NCBI GenBank assembly: GCA_040774925.1
Contig: JAXGTM010000001.1
Coordinates: 1-39,113 of the forward strand
Direction of reading: 5' to 3'
DNA: 39,113 bases
Source: Atribacterota bacterium
Lineage (GTDB): Bacteria > Atribacterota > Phoenicimicrobiia > Phoenicimicrobiales > Stramentimicrobiaceae
Shown piece by piece: positions 19,499 through 27,944 of the stretch; position 1 is the stretch's first letter; each line of letters opens with the position of its first letter. The notes under the pieces are model-generated. The model made no database searches and was not told where the DNA came from. It saw only the letters and a list, made by a program, of their open reading frames with translations. The translations under genes were made by a program, and so were the position numbers.

Positions 19499-20794
19499 AT
19501 GAAAGAGGTAATAATAGCAGAGATAGGAAATTATGAAGGTGAACTCGTTTCAATCAAAGGCTGGCTTTACAACCAGCGGTCCAGCGGTAAAATAAAGTTT
19601 ATGATTATCAGAGATGGAACAGGTTTTTTACAGGGAACTCTGGTTAAAAGCGAAATGGAGGAAGAATATTTTAACTTACTGGATGAGTTAAATCATGAAT
19701 CTTCTATCATAGTTGAAGGTATTGTAAAAAAGGAGCAGAGAGCGCCTAGTGGCTTCGAGATGCTGGTAAAAACAATAAAGGTAGTACAGAATGCTGAAGA
19801 GGACTATCCCATCTCTTTGAAAAAACATGGTGTTGGTTTTTTAATGAATTACCGTCACCTTTGGATAAGAACTGAGAGGCAAAATGCAATATTGAGAATC
19901 AGGGTAGAAATAGTTAAAGCTATCCACCACTTCCTTCAGAAAAAAGGCTTTTATCTAATCGAATCACCTATACTGACTCCTGCTGCCTGTGAAGGAACAA
20001 CCACTCTGTTTGAAACAGATTATTTTGGAGATAAAGCCTATCTAACTCAGAGCGGACAGCTTTACAATGAAGCATCTGCAATGGCTTTTGGAAAAGTATA
20101 TTGTTTTGGTCCAACTTTCAGGGCTGAAAAGTCTAAAACAAGAAGGCATCTAATGGAATTCTGGATGGTAGAGCCGGAGGCTGCCTATTTTGATTTCAAT
20201 GATAATAATCAATTACAGGGAGAATTGATTGTAAATATAGTTGAACATGTTTTACGGCATTGTACTATGGAATTAAAAGTGTTGAAGAGGGATATTTCGG
20301 CATTAGAAAAAATAAAATCTCCTTTCCCTTATATTTCATATGATGATGCAATAAAACTTATCCAGAAAGAAGGCAGTACAACTAAATGGGGAGATGACCT
20401 TGGTGGAGAGGATGAAACGATTATTTCACAGCAATTCGATAAACCAGTCTTTATACATCACTTCCCCACTGTATGCAAGGCTTTTTATATGAATCCTGAT
20501 CCTGACAGACCTGAAACAGTGCTGGGTGCCGACCTGATAGCGCCTCAGGGATATGGAGAGATAATAGGCGGGGGAGAACGGATACATGATTACAATCTTA
20601 TCAAACAGAGAATTAAAGAACATAATTTGCCAGAAGAAGATTATCAGTGGTATATAGACTTGAGAAAATACGGTTCCGTTCCTCATTCAGGATTTGGATT
20701 GGGAATTGAAAGAACAGTTGCCTGGATATGTAATCTTACTCATATAAGAGAAACAATTCCTTTTCCAAGGATGCTGAATAAGATTTACCCTTAA
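19499..20794 (+). CDS. asnS: Asparagine--tRNA ligase
   Basis: AAGGAGG RBS. About 431 aa class IIb enzyme with the AsnRS-type motif GPTFRAEKSKTRRHLMEFWMVEPE, KAFYM, and C-terminal GFGLGIERTV. Confidence 0.9.
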   Translation: MKEVIIAEIGNYEGELVSIKGWLYNQRSSGKIKFMIIRDGTGFLQGTLVKSEMEEEYFNLLDELNHESSIIVEGIVKKEQRAPSGFEMLVKTIKVVQNAEEDYPISLKKHGVGFLMNYRHLWIRTERQNAILRIRVEIVKAIHHFLQKKGFYLIESPILTPAACEGTTTLFETDYFGDKAYLTQSGQLYNEASAMAFGKVYCFGPTFRAEKSKTRRHLMEFWMVEPEAAYFDFNDNNQLQGELIVNIVEHVLRHCTMELKVLKRDISALEKIKSPFPYISYDDAIKLIQKEGSTTKWGDDLGGEDETIISQQFDKPVFIHHFPTVCKAFYMNPDPDRPETVLGADLIAPQGYGEIIGGGERIHDYNLIKQRIKEHNLPEEDYQWYIDLRKYGSVPHSGFGLGIERTVAWICNLTHIRETIPFPRMLNKIYP

Positions 20795-21138
20795 AAATAA
20801 TTACTATTTATATTTTTCGGCTTTTATTCGTAGATGCAGCAATAGGAATGACTCATCTCAATTTACGACCCAAAAAATATATTGGAATTATTAATTAAAA
20901 GACTTCCCTAAAAACATAATTAAGCATTTTGTTTTTATAAATATTTTTAATCTGAATTAATTTCGATATATTATAAGAATACTTTAGGTTATCTTATTTA
21001 GCTTTTACGGAACAGAACTAATTTTAATTAGATTTTCCTGAAGAAAAGGATGCTTCTAAAATCGGAAAAAACATAATTAAATAATTTTTTATCTCATTTT
21101 ATAATTTATATCAATATGAAATAAGGAGTGAACCAAAA

Positions 21139-22938
21139 ATGATTTTACCCGAAGAACAGAAAACCGCTTTACAAATCTGGAAAAGAACCCATAGTTGTGG
21201 TGAATTAAATAAAGAAAATACGGGTGAGACAGTTACCCTGATGGGGTGGGTAAATTCCCGCAGAGACCACGGTGGACTAATCTTTGTAGACCTCAGGGAT
21301 AGAGAAGGAAAGACTCAGGTCGTATTTGACCCTGAAATATCACAAGATGCACATATAATGGCACATAAAATTCGTAATGAATATGTTATTGCAGTTAAAG
21401 GGAAAGTTTTTCCCCGTGGAAAAGATGCCATTAATCCAAATTTAAAGACCGGTGAAATTGAAGTTAAAGTACACGAAATGAGAATATTAAACCAATCAGA
21501 AACGCCGCCATTTAGTCTGAATGATTATTCAGAAATTGGAGACGATTTGCGTTTAAGGTATCGTTTTCTTGATCTGAGGAGACCTGAGATGCAGGAGAAT
21601 ATTATTTTACGCCACAAAGTAGCCCTGTTGATTAGAAACTTTTTGAGTGGCAGGGGTTTTCTCGAAATTGAAACACCGTTTTTAACCAGAAGTACACCAG
21701 AAGGCGCCAGAGACTATATTGTACCGAGCAGAGTTAATCCGGGGAAATTTTATGCACTTCCTCAGTCACCACAACTTTTTAAGCAGTTACTGATGATTAG
21801 CGGTTTTGATAAATATTTCCAGATTGTAAGGTGTTTCAGGGATGAAGATCTCCGGGCTGACAGGGCACCTGAGTTTACCCAGCTTGATATGGAAATGTCA
21901 TTCATTGAACGTGATGACCTATTCAGTCTGATTGAGGATCTAATGACATATCTTTTTAAAGAAGTTCTGGGTATTGAGATTGAAAAACCATTCCCCAGAT
22001 ATGATTATAATGATGTCATGTCTAAATATGGTATAGACAAGCCTGATTTAAGATATGGTATGGAGATTCAGGATCTGAATGAAATATTTAAAAACACTGA
22101 TTTTACGGCCTTTTCAGAGGTCATAGCATCAGGAGGGAAGATAGGTGCCATAAAAACAGAACAGCCTGAAAAATTTTCTCGTAAAAATATTGATGACCTT
22201 GAAATCTACATAAAATCATTTGGATTAGAACGCATGGCATATATCCGTTTCAAAGATGATAATCAGATCCAATCATCTATTGCGAAATATATAAACGATG
22301 AAGAAATCTCCGCTCTGAAAGATAAGGTTCAGGCAAAACCTGGAGATCTGCTCTTCGTCGTAGCTGGAAATACTGACACAGTAAATGAAGCCCTGGGTAT
22401 GTTACGGATAAAGCTGGCAAATACATTAAAGATTATTCCTGAAGGAGAGTACAATTTTTTATGGGTAACCAACTTTCCTTTATTTGAATACTCAAAGACC
22501 GAAAAGAGATATTCTTCTATGCACCATCCCTTTACTGCACCAGTAGACGAAGATATTCCCATGCTTGAGAGCAACCCTTTTCAAGCCCGTTCTAAAGCTT
22601 ATGATTTAGTCTTGAATGGTAATGAAGTCGGTGGTGGCAGTATTCGTATACATCGGACTGAATTGCAGCAAAAAATCTTTGATTTACTGGGGATTAATGA
22701 AATAGAAGCAAAACAGAAATTCGGTTTCCTGCTGGAGGCTTTACAGTATGGTGCCCCACCACATGGCGGTATTGCTTTTGGTATGGATAGACTGACAATG
22801 ATATTGGCAAACGCCACCTCTATCCGTGAGGTTATCGCTTTCCCAAAAACACAAAGAGCGACCTGTATGTTGACAGGTGCTCCCGCTGAAGTCAGTCCAG
22901 AACAACTGAAAGAATTACACTTGAAAATAGACCTTTAA
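21139..22938 (+). CDS. aspS: Aspartate--tRNA ligase, bacterial type with GAD insertion domain
   Basis: AAGGAG RBS. 599 aa. GWVNSRRDHGGLIFVDLRD, QSPQLFKQLLM, FRDEDLRADRAPEFTQLD, GGGSIRIH, HGGIAFGMDRL. Confidence 0.95.
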   Translation: MILPEEQKTALQIWKRTHSCGELNKENTGETVTLMGWVNSRRDHGGLIFVDLRDREGKTQVVFDPEISQDAHIMAHKIRNEYVIAVKGKVFPRGKDAINPNLKTGEIEVKVHEMRILNQSETPPFSLNDYSEIGDDLRLRYRFLDLRRPEMQENIILRHKVALLIRNFLSGRGFLEIETPFLTRSTPEGARDYIVPSRVNPGKFYALPQSPQLFKQLLMISGFDKYFQIVRCFRDEDLRADRAPEFTQLDMEMSFIERDDLFSLIEDLMTYLFKEVLGIEIEKPFPRYDYNDVMSKYGIDKPDLRYGMEIQDLNEIFKNTDFTAFSEVIASGGKIGAIKTEQPEKFSRKNIDDLEIYIKSFGLERMAYIRFKDDNQIQSSIAKYINDEEISALKDKVQAKPGDLLFVVAGNTDTVNEALGMLRIKLANTLKIIPEGEYNFLWVTNFPLFEYSKTEKRYSSMHHPFTAPVDEDIPMLESNPFQARSKAYDLVLNGNEVGGGSIRIHRTELQQKIFDLLGINEIEAKQKFGFLLEALQYGAPPHGGIAFGMDRLTMILANATSIREVIAFPKTQRATCMLTGAPAEVSPEQLKELHLKIDL

Positions 22939-22979
22939 AGTAAAGCAAACAGGTATTTTGAAAGGATTGATTAGCCATA

Positions 22980-23008
22980 TTGTTTTTTTGGGAAAAATGT
23001 GCTATATT
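22980..23008 (+). promoter_or_regulatory. Sigma-70-type promoter with extended -10, driving the putative 6S RNA
   Basis: -35 TTGTTT (22980-22985), 17-nt spacer ending in TGC, -10 TATATT (23003-23008). Confidence 0.55.
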
Positions 23009-23014
23009 GTAATC

Positions 23015-23235
23015 AAAGTGTGACAACCGATAAGTTACCCTGCTGTGAACGCTTAACTGTATAAGTTTTGACCCAACACTTTTTAAAAAGGTAATCGACC
23101 TCCGAATGTGTAATGCAAGCCTGTGGTTCCCAAGAGGGTTACCTAAGATTAGCAGAGATGTTAATTAACTGGAAGCATAAAGCACTCGGGTAGATATCCA
23201 CCTGTTTGAGGGGTCGGTATCAAAACTTGTAGTTG
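23015..23235 (+). ncRNA. ssrS: Putative 6S RNA (SsrS); boundaries approximate
   Basis: About 220 nt with no plausible ORF, directly downstream of the promoter above. Extended imperfect 5'/3' complementarity (for example ACCGA 23027-23031 with TCGGT 23214-23218, CCC 23038-23040 with GGGG 23210-23213) and an apical helix (GGTAA..CCTC with GAGGGTTACC). Sits immediately upstream of the 5-formyl-THF cyclo-ligase gene, the classical ssrS-ygfA linkage. Confidence 0.55.
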
Positions 23236-23376
23236 GCGACATGGCGGGGTTATTCTTTATTTTAACCATATACCCAATTTATTTAATGGCTGTCAAAAAG
23301 TTTCATAAGTATCAAAAGTTTCAGAATATATAGAGTAAATCTACAATTCTATTGACAAGATATTGTTAGTTGTATT

Positions 23377-23991
23377 ATGATATTAAAGTTTAGTAAACAA
23401 TCTGTAAGAAGAGAGCTTCTCTTAAGGAGAGGCAGACTATCACCAGAAATTGTACTGGAAAATAGTAAAAAAATATCTGAATATTTAATAAATTTAAATA
23501 TCTATCGGCAATCGACAAATATTATGCTATATGTTGCTACTAAAAATGAAGTCCAGACAAAAGCAATCATAGAATCTGCACAGAAAGATAGTAAAAAAGT
23601 TTTTGTACCGATAATTGTTCGGAGAGAAAAGAAATTGCTTCCTTCTCTACTAATTGATTTTGATAAAGAACTTACAATCGGGTATATGGAAATACCAGAA
23701 CCCAGGAAAGAATTCTACAGAATTTACCCACCGACCGCCTTAGATCTGATAATTGTTCCGGGCGTAGCATTTACTGTTCAAGGAGACCGTTTGGGAATGG
23801 GCGGGGGCTATTATGACAGATTTTTAAAACAGATAAATCCCGATACGCCCACTGTTGCCCTCTCATTCGAAACACAGATATTAGAAGATATTCCCTTAGA
23901 AGATAATGATATGGCGGTGGATTACATTATTACTGAAAATAGAGTTATTTTGACCAAACAGTACCGAAAAAAATCTCAACAGAAACTGTAA
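23377..23991 (+). CDS. 5-formyltetrahydrofolate cyclo-ligase (MTHFS/YgfA family)
   Basis: KQSVRRELLLRR N-terminus, PGVAFTVQGDRLGMGGGYYDRFL motif. No obvious Shine-Dalgarno sequence. Confidence 0.85.
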   Translation: MILKFSKQSVRRELLLRRGRLSPEIVLENSKKISEYLINLNIYRQSTNIMLYVATKNEVQTKAIIESAQKDSKKVFVPIIVRREKKLLPSLLIDFDKELTIGYMEIPEPRKEFYRIYPPTALDLIIVPGVAFTVQGDRLGMGGGYYDRFLKQINPDTPTVALSFETQILEDIPLEDNDMAVDYIITENRVILTKQYRKKSQQKL

Positions 23992-24159
23992 ATATGATGG
24001 ACCAGTGTATTGCAGGAAAAAATTGAAGATTTGTTATATAATTAATAATCAGGTTTATCTTTATCTATTTTAAGAGTTGTTTATAGAGGAGAAATCAGAT
24101 TTATAGAAATATTAATAAATATATGATAAGATTGTCGCAACAATTAAGGAGGAAATAGC

Positions 24160-26157
24160 ATGCTTATGGAAAAACAGAATGATAACATTGAAGAAAAAAA
24201 AGAGATTGAAAGCCAGGACCAGATGGATATGATGATGCATGATTCTCTGGATGGTTTCAAACAGATCAGGAAAGGAGAAATTATTCGGGGCAGAGTAGTG
24301 AAGGTAGATGACGAGGGATACCTGCTCGATATCAAGTATAAGATGGAAGGCTTTCTTCCTGCTGTTGAAGAATCTCTTCTAAGAATGGGACAGGATAAGG
24401 TAAACCATACTCTGGAATTAGATGATGAGGTCGATGTCTATGTAGAACAGGTTGATGAGAAGAATGGATTGATAAATCTTTCCAGAGAAAGAGCACGCTA
24501 TATAGCCTTATGGGATCAACTTATAAATGCCTATAAAACTAAAAAACCTTTACAGGGTGAAGTTATTGAGAAAAACCCGAATGGATTGATTGTTGATTTA
24601 GGAGTTAAGGCATTTGTACCTTTATCACAGGTAGACAGTAATTTTATTACTGAAGAAGATCTGGATAAATATATTGGCAAGGCACTCACTTTTTTCATCT
24701 TAAAGCTGGATAAAGCCAAAAACAGTGTAGTATTGTCACATCGGCAGGCATTGGAAAGAGAAAGAGAATCTATCAGACAAAAAACACTTTCAAATTTAAA
24801 AACAGGCCAGATAGTTGATGGTAAGATTGTCAACATGACCGATTTTGGAGCTTTTGTCGATATCGGTGGAATCGAAGGTTTGCTTCATATTTCTGAAATA
24901 ACCTGGAAAGAGATGAGAGACCCACTCAAGCTTATAAAAAAGGGTGATGAAATAAAGGTTAAAGTAATCGATTTTGATAAAGAACAGAATAGAATATCTC
25001 TCAGTATAAAACAGATTAATCCAAATCCCTGGGATGTAGTGAATGAGAAATACAGCGTTGGTGATGAGATTGAGGGAAAAGTTGTAAATATTAAGGATTT
25101 TGGTGCCTTTATTGAATTGGAAGAGGGTTTGAATGGACTGCTCCATATTTCAGACATGTCATGGGCTTATACTAGAAATCCCCAGGAAGTCTTATCAGAA
25201 AACGAAGTAATTAAAGTTAGAATTTTAGAAATCGATAAAGAGAATAAAAAAATATCACTTGGTTTGAAACAGCTCATGGAAGATCCATGGGCAAATATAG
25301 AAGAGAAATATGCAGTAGGAAATACTGTTGAGGGAAAAATAACCCAGGTTACTTCTTATGGCGCAAATGTTGAATTGGAACCTGGAGTCTCAGGTATCAT
25401 TCATCTTTCTGAAATTGATTGGAAATATATTGAAAAACCATCTATTATACTGAAAAAATACAGTGTACTGCCTTTACAGATTGTAAAAGTTGACAAAAAA
25501 GATCGTCTCTTATTCTTAAGCAGGAAACTGACCCTGCCGAATCCCTGGCAGAATATTGACACAAAATTCAGAGTTGATGATAAAGTGGAAGGTACTGTAA
25601 AGAGACTGAAAAATTTTGGTGTTTTTGTCTCTCTTGATGATGAAATTGAGGGATTTTTACCATTTTCAGAGATTGCCTGGGAAGAAATAAAACATCCTAA
25701 TCAGGCTCTGAAAAAAGGTGATAAGGTAGAACTGAAAATTATTGAGATAAATCCAGAGAAATACCAGATAACTCTTAGCCGTAAACGCCTGATGCCAAAT
25801 CCATGGACAGAAACCAGAAAAAAATATGAAGTCGGTACAATTGTTGAAGGAAAAGTGGTTAACATCACTGACTTTGGTGCATTTATTAATCTGGAAGAGA
25901 ATATTGATGGTCTGGTGCCTCTTAATGAGATAGCTGACCATAGAGTTGAGCAGGCAGAGAATGTGCTTTCAGTAGGAGATAAAGTACAGGCAATCGTTAC
26001 TAAAATTGATGACAGAAGAAAAAAGATAAGCCTCAGCATCAGGAAGGCTGAAAAAGAAGTACAGAAGAGACTGGTAAAAGACTATAATAAGCAGGAGAAC
26101 AGTGAAAGAATTCTGCTCAAAGATGTGTTTGGTGATATCTTAAATTTTAAAAAATAA
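24160..26157 (+). CDS. rpsA: 30S ribosomal protein S1 with seven S1 (OB-fold) repeats
   Basis: AAGGAGG RBS. Seven repeats, each starting G-x-(I/V)-x-G-x-V and ending (L)S(L/R)(K/R), for example GQIVDGKIVNMTDFGAFVDIGGIEGLLHISE. Confidence 0.9.
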   Translation: MLMEKQNDNIEEKKEIESQDQMDMMMHDSLDGFKQIRKGEIIRGRVVKVDDEGYLLDIKYKMEGFLPAVEESLLRMGQDKVNHTLELDDEVDVYVEQVDEKNGLINLSRERARYIALWDQLINAYKTKKPLQGEVIEKNPNGLIVDLGVKAFVPLSQVDSNFITEEDLDKYIGKALTFFILKLDKAKNSVVLSHRQALERERESIRQKTLSNLKTGQIVDGKIVNMTDFGAFVDIGGIEGLLHISEITWKEMRDPLKLIKKGDEIKVKVIDFDKEQNRISLSIKQINPNPWDVVNEKYSVGDEIEGKVVNIKDFGAFIELEEGLNGLLHISDMSWAYTRNPQEVLSENEVIKVRILEIDKENKKISLGLKQLMEDPWANIEEKYAVGNTVEGKITQVTSYGANVELEPGVSGIIHLSEIDWKYIEKPSIILKKYSVLPLQIVKVDKKDRLLFLSRKLTLPNPWQNIDTKFRVDDKVEGTVKRLKNFGVFVSLDDEIEGFLPFSEIAWEEIKHPNQALKKGDKVELKIIEINPEKYQITLSRKRLMPNPWTETRKKYEVGTIVEGKVVNITDFGAFINLEENIDGLVPLNEIADHRVEQAENVLSVGDKVQAIVTKIDDRRKKISLSIRKAEKEVQKRLVKDYNKQENSERILLKDVFGDILNFKK

Positions 26158-26197
26158 TTAATAAAATTTATTAATTTATTAAGTAAGGAGAAATACA

Positions 26198-27919
26198 TTG
26201 GACATAAGGGATGAGAATAAGCCTTATCTTTCCAACCTGAAATTGGGTGAAATCCTTATAAATCAGGGTTATATAAAACCTGAACAATTAAAAAAAGCTT
26301 TAGATGCCCAAAAAACTGATGGGAAAAGTAAGATAGGAGAAATCCTTATAAATCAGGGTAGTATTACACAAAAACAGCTCAATGACGCATTACAGCATGT
26401 ATATGAAACTGAGTATGTTGAGCTTGATGATATTGTAATTGACCCTGAATTAATTTCCCTTATCCCCAAAAAGATAGCACAGCGTTTTAAATTGGTACCA
26501 CTGAACAAAGATGATAATGTTCTGACCATAGCTATGGCAAATCCTTTGGATTTTAACGCTATAAACTATATCAAAGAATATACCAAAATGGATATCAGAA
26601 CAAAATTTTCTTCAGAAAATGATATCTTAAATTCTTTAAGCAGCAGTTATGATGATGTATATCAGTTTGATGATCTCCTTGATAAAGTAGATGTTGCAAC
26701 AGTTATAGATATTTCAGATGAAGTCAATCTTTCTGCTCTGGAAGCAATAAGCCAGGAAGCGCCCATCATTCAGCTGGTAAACATGATTATAGTAGACGGC
26801 ATAAAAGAGCGAGCCAGTGACATACATTTAGAACCAAATCAAAGAGGTCTGCTCGTTAGATACCGTATAGACGGTATGTTGCATGATATTCGGTTATTGC
26901 CGGTAAGGGTGAAGCCTGCGGTAATATCGAGAGTCAAAATATTATCAAACATGGACATAGCTGAGAGAAGGCTGCCTCAGGACGGCCGTTTCCAACTGCG
27001 CTTTGGAGCCCGTGAAGTTGATTTGCGCGTATCCTCTATTCCTACTGTCCATGATGAAAAAATAGTAATGCGTCTTCTGGACAAGAGCCAGGGTGTCATC
27101 AGTCTTGACAGTGTTGGCTTTACCGGAGAGCAGGCAGAACAATTCCGCAAGATGATACATTATCCTCACGGCATTATTCTTTTAACCGGACCGACCGGCA
27201 GTGGAAAGAGTACCACTTTGTATGCTGCCTTAAATGAAGTAGATTCAACCAAAAAAAATATTATCACAGTAGAAGACCCGGTTGAATACAAACTTGACAG
27301 AATAAATCAAATTAATGTCAGACCAAAAATTAACCTTACCTTCGCCAATGCCCTGCGCTCCATACTGCGTCAGGACCCTGATGTCATCATGATAGGAGAG
27401 ATGAGAGACTCAGATACAGCTCATATAGCCATTCAGTCAGCACTTACAGGGCATCTTGTCTTAAGTACACTTCATACTAATGATGCAGTAAGCTCCTTAA
27501 CCAGAATGACCGATATGGGTGTTGAGCCATTCCTGATCTCTTCTTCTGTAATAGGAGTTATGGCACAAAGATTGGTACGCAAAATCTGCCCCAGATGTAT
27601 AGAAGATTATATTCCTGAAGAGAGTATATTCAATGAACTTAAACTGAATATTACCTTGCCTGACAGGGATAAAATAAGGCTTTACCGGGGAAAGGGATGC
27701 GACTATTGTAAAAATACCGGATACTACGGAAGAATAGCAATATTTGAAATGATAGAGATAAATGATGAAATACGCTCAATGATTTTAAGAAAAGTATCAA
27801 GTAATGAGATAAAAGAAACTGCCATTCGCTATGGTATGAAAACCCTTCTTGACAGTGGAATTAATAAGGCACTGGAAGGCGTTACATCTATTGACGAAGT
27901 ATTTCGTGTAGCAGTTTAA
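26198..27919 (+). CDS. pilB: Type IV pilus assembly ATPase PilB/GspE family, paralogue 1, with MshEN-type N-terminus
   Basis: AAGGAG RBS 7 nt before the TTG start. N-terminal tandem motifs, T2SSE_N segment, Walker A GPTGSGKST, IMIGEMRD, GHLVLSTLHTND, tetra-Cys CPRC...CDYC. Confidence 0.9.
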   Translation: MDIRDENKPYLSNLKLGEILINQGYIKPEQLKKALDAQKTDGKSKIGEILINQGSITQKQLNDALQHVYETEYVELDDIVIDPELISLIPKKIAQRFKLVPLNKDDNVLTIAMANPLDFNAINYIKEYTKMDIRTKFSSENDILNSLSSSYDDVYQFDDLLDKVDVATVIDISDEVNLSALEAISQEAPIIQLVNMIIVDGIKERASDIHLEPNQRGLLVRYRIDGMLHDIRLLPVRVKPAVISRVKILSNMDIAERRLPQDGRFQLRFGAREVDLRVSSIPTVHDEKIVMRLLDKSQGVISLDSVGFTGEQAEQFRKMIHYPHGIILLTGPTGSGKSTTLYAALNEVDSTKKNIITVEDPVEYKLDRINQINVRPKINLTFANALRSILRQDPDVIMIGEMRDSDTAHIAIQSALTGHLVLSTLHTNDAVSSLTRMTDMGVEPFLISSSVIGVMAQRLVRKICPRCIEDYIPEESIFNELKLNITLPDRDKIRLYRGKGCDYCKNTGYYGRIAIFEMIEINDEIRSMILRKVSSNEIKETAIRYGMKTLLDSGINKALEGVTSIDEVFRVAV

Positions 27920-27944
27920 TAAATATAAAACAAAGGAATATTGT

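Noticed and set aside
23015-23235. Alternative identity of the aspS/MTHFS non-coding RNA as SRP (4.5S/scRNA), RNase P RNA or tmRNA
   Set aside because: A GGAAGCA string is present, but the SRP domain IV consensus (AGGUCCGGAAGGAAGCAGC with its symmetric-loop partner) is not. RNase P (GAGGAAAGUCC) and tmRNA (tRNA-like ends, tag ORF) hallmarks are also absent. Context and architecture fit 6S better.
23352-23378. TTGACA ... TATTAT promoter-like pair just before the MTHFS gene
   Set aside because: The spacer is only 15 nt, and the -10 hexamer overlaps the ATG (23377). A transcript from it would lack the start codon, whereas conserved N-terminal residues (KQSVRRELLLRR) require that start. It is probably fortuitous, and co-transcription with the upstream RNA is more likely.
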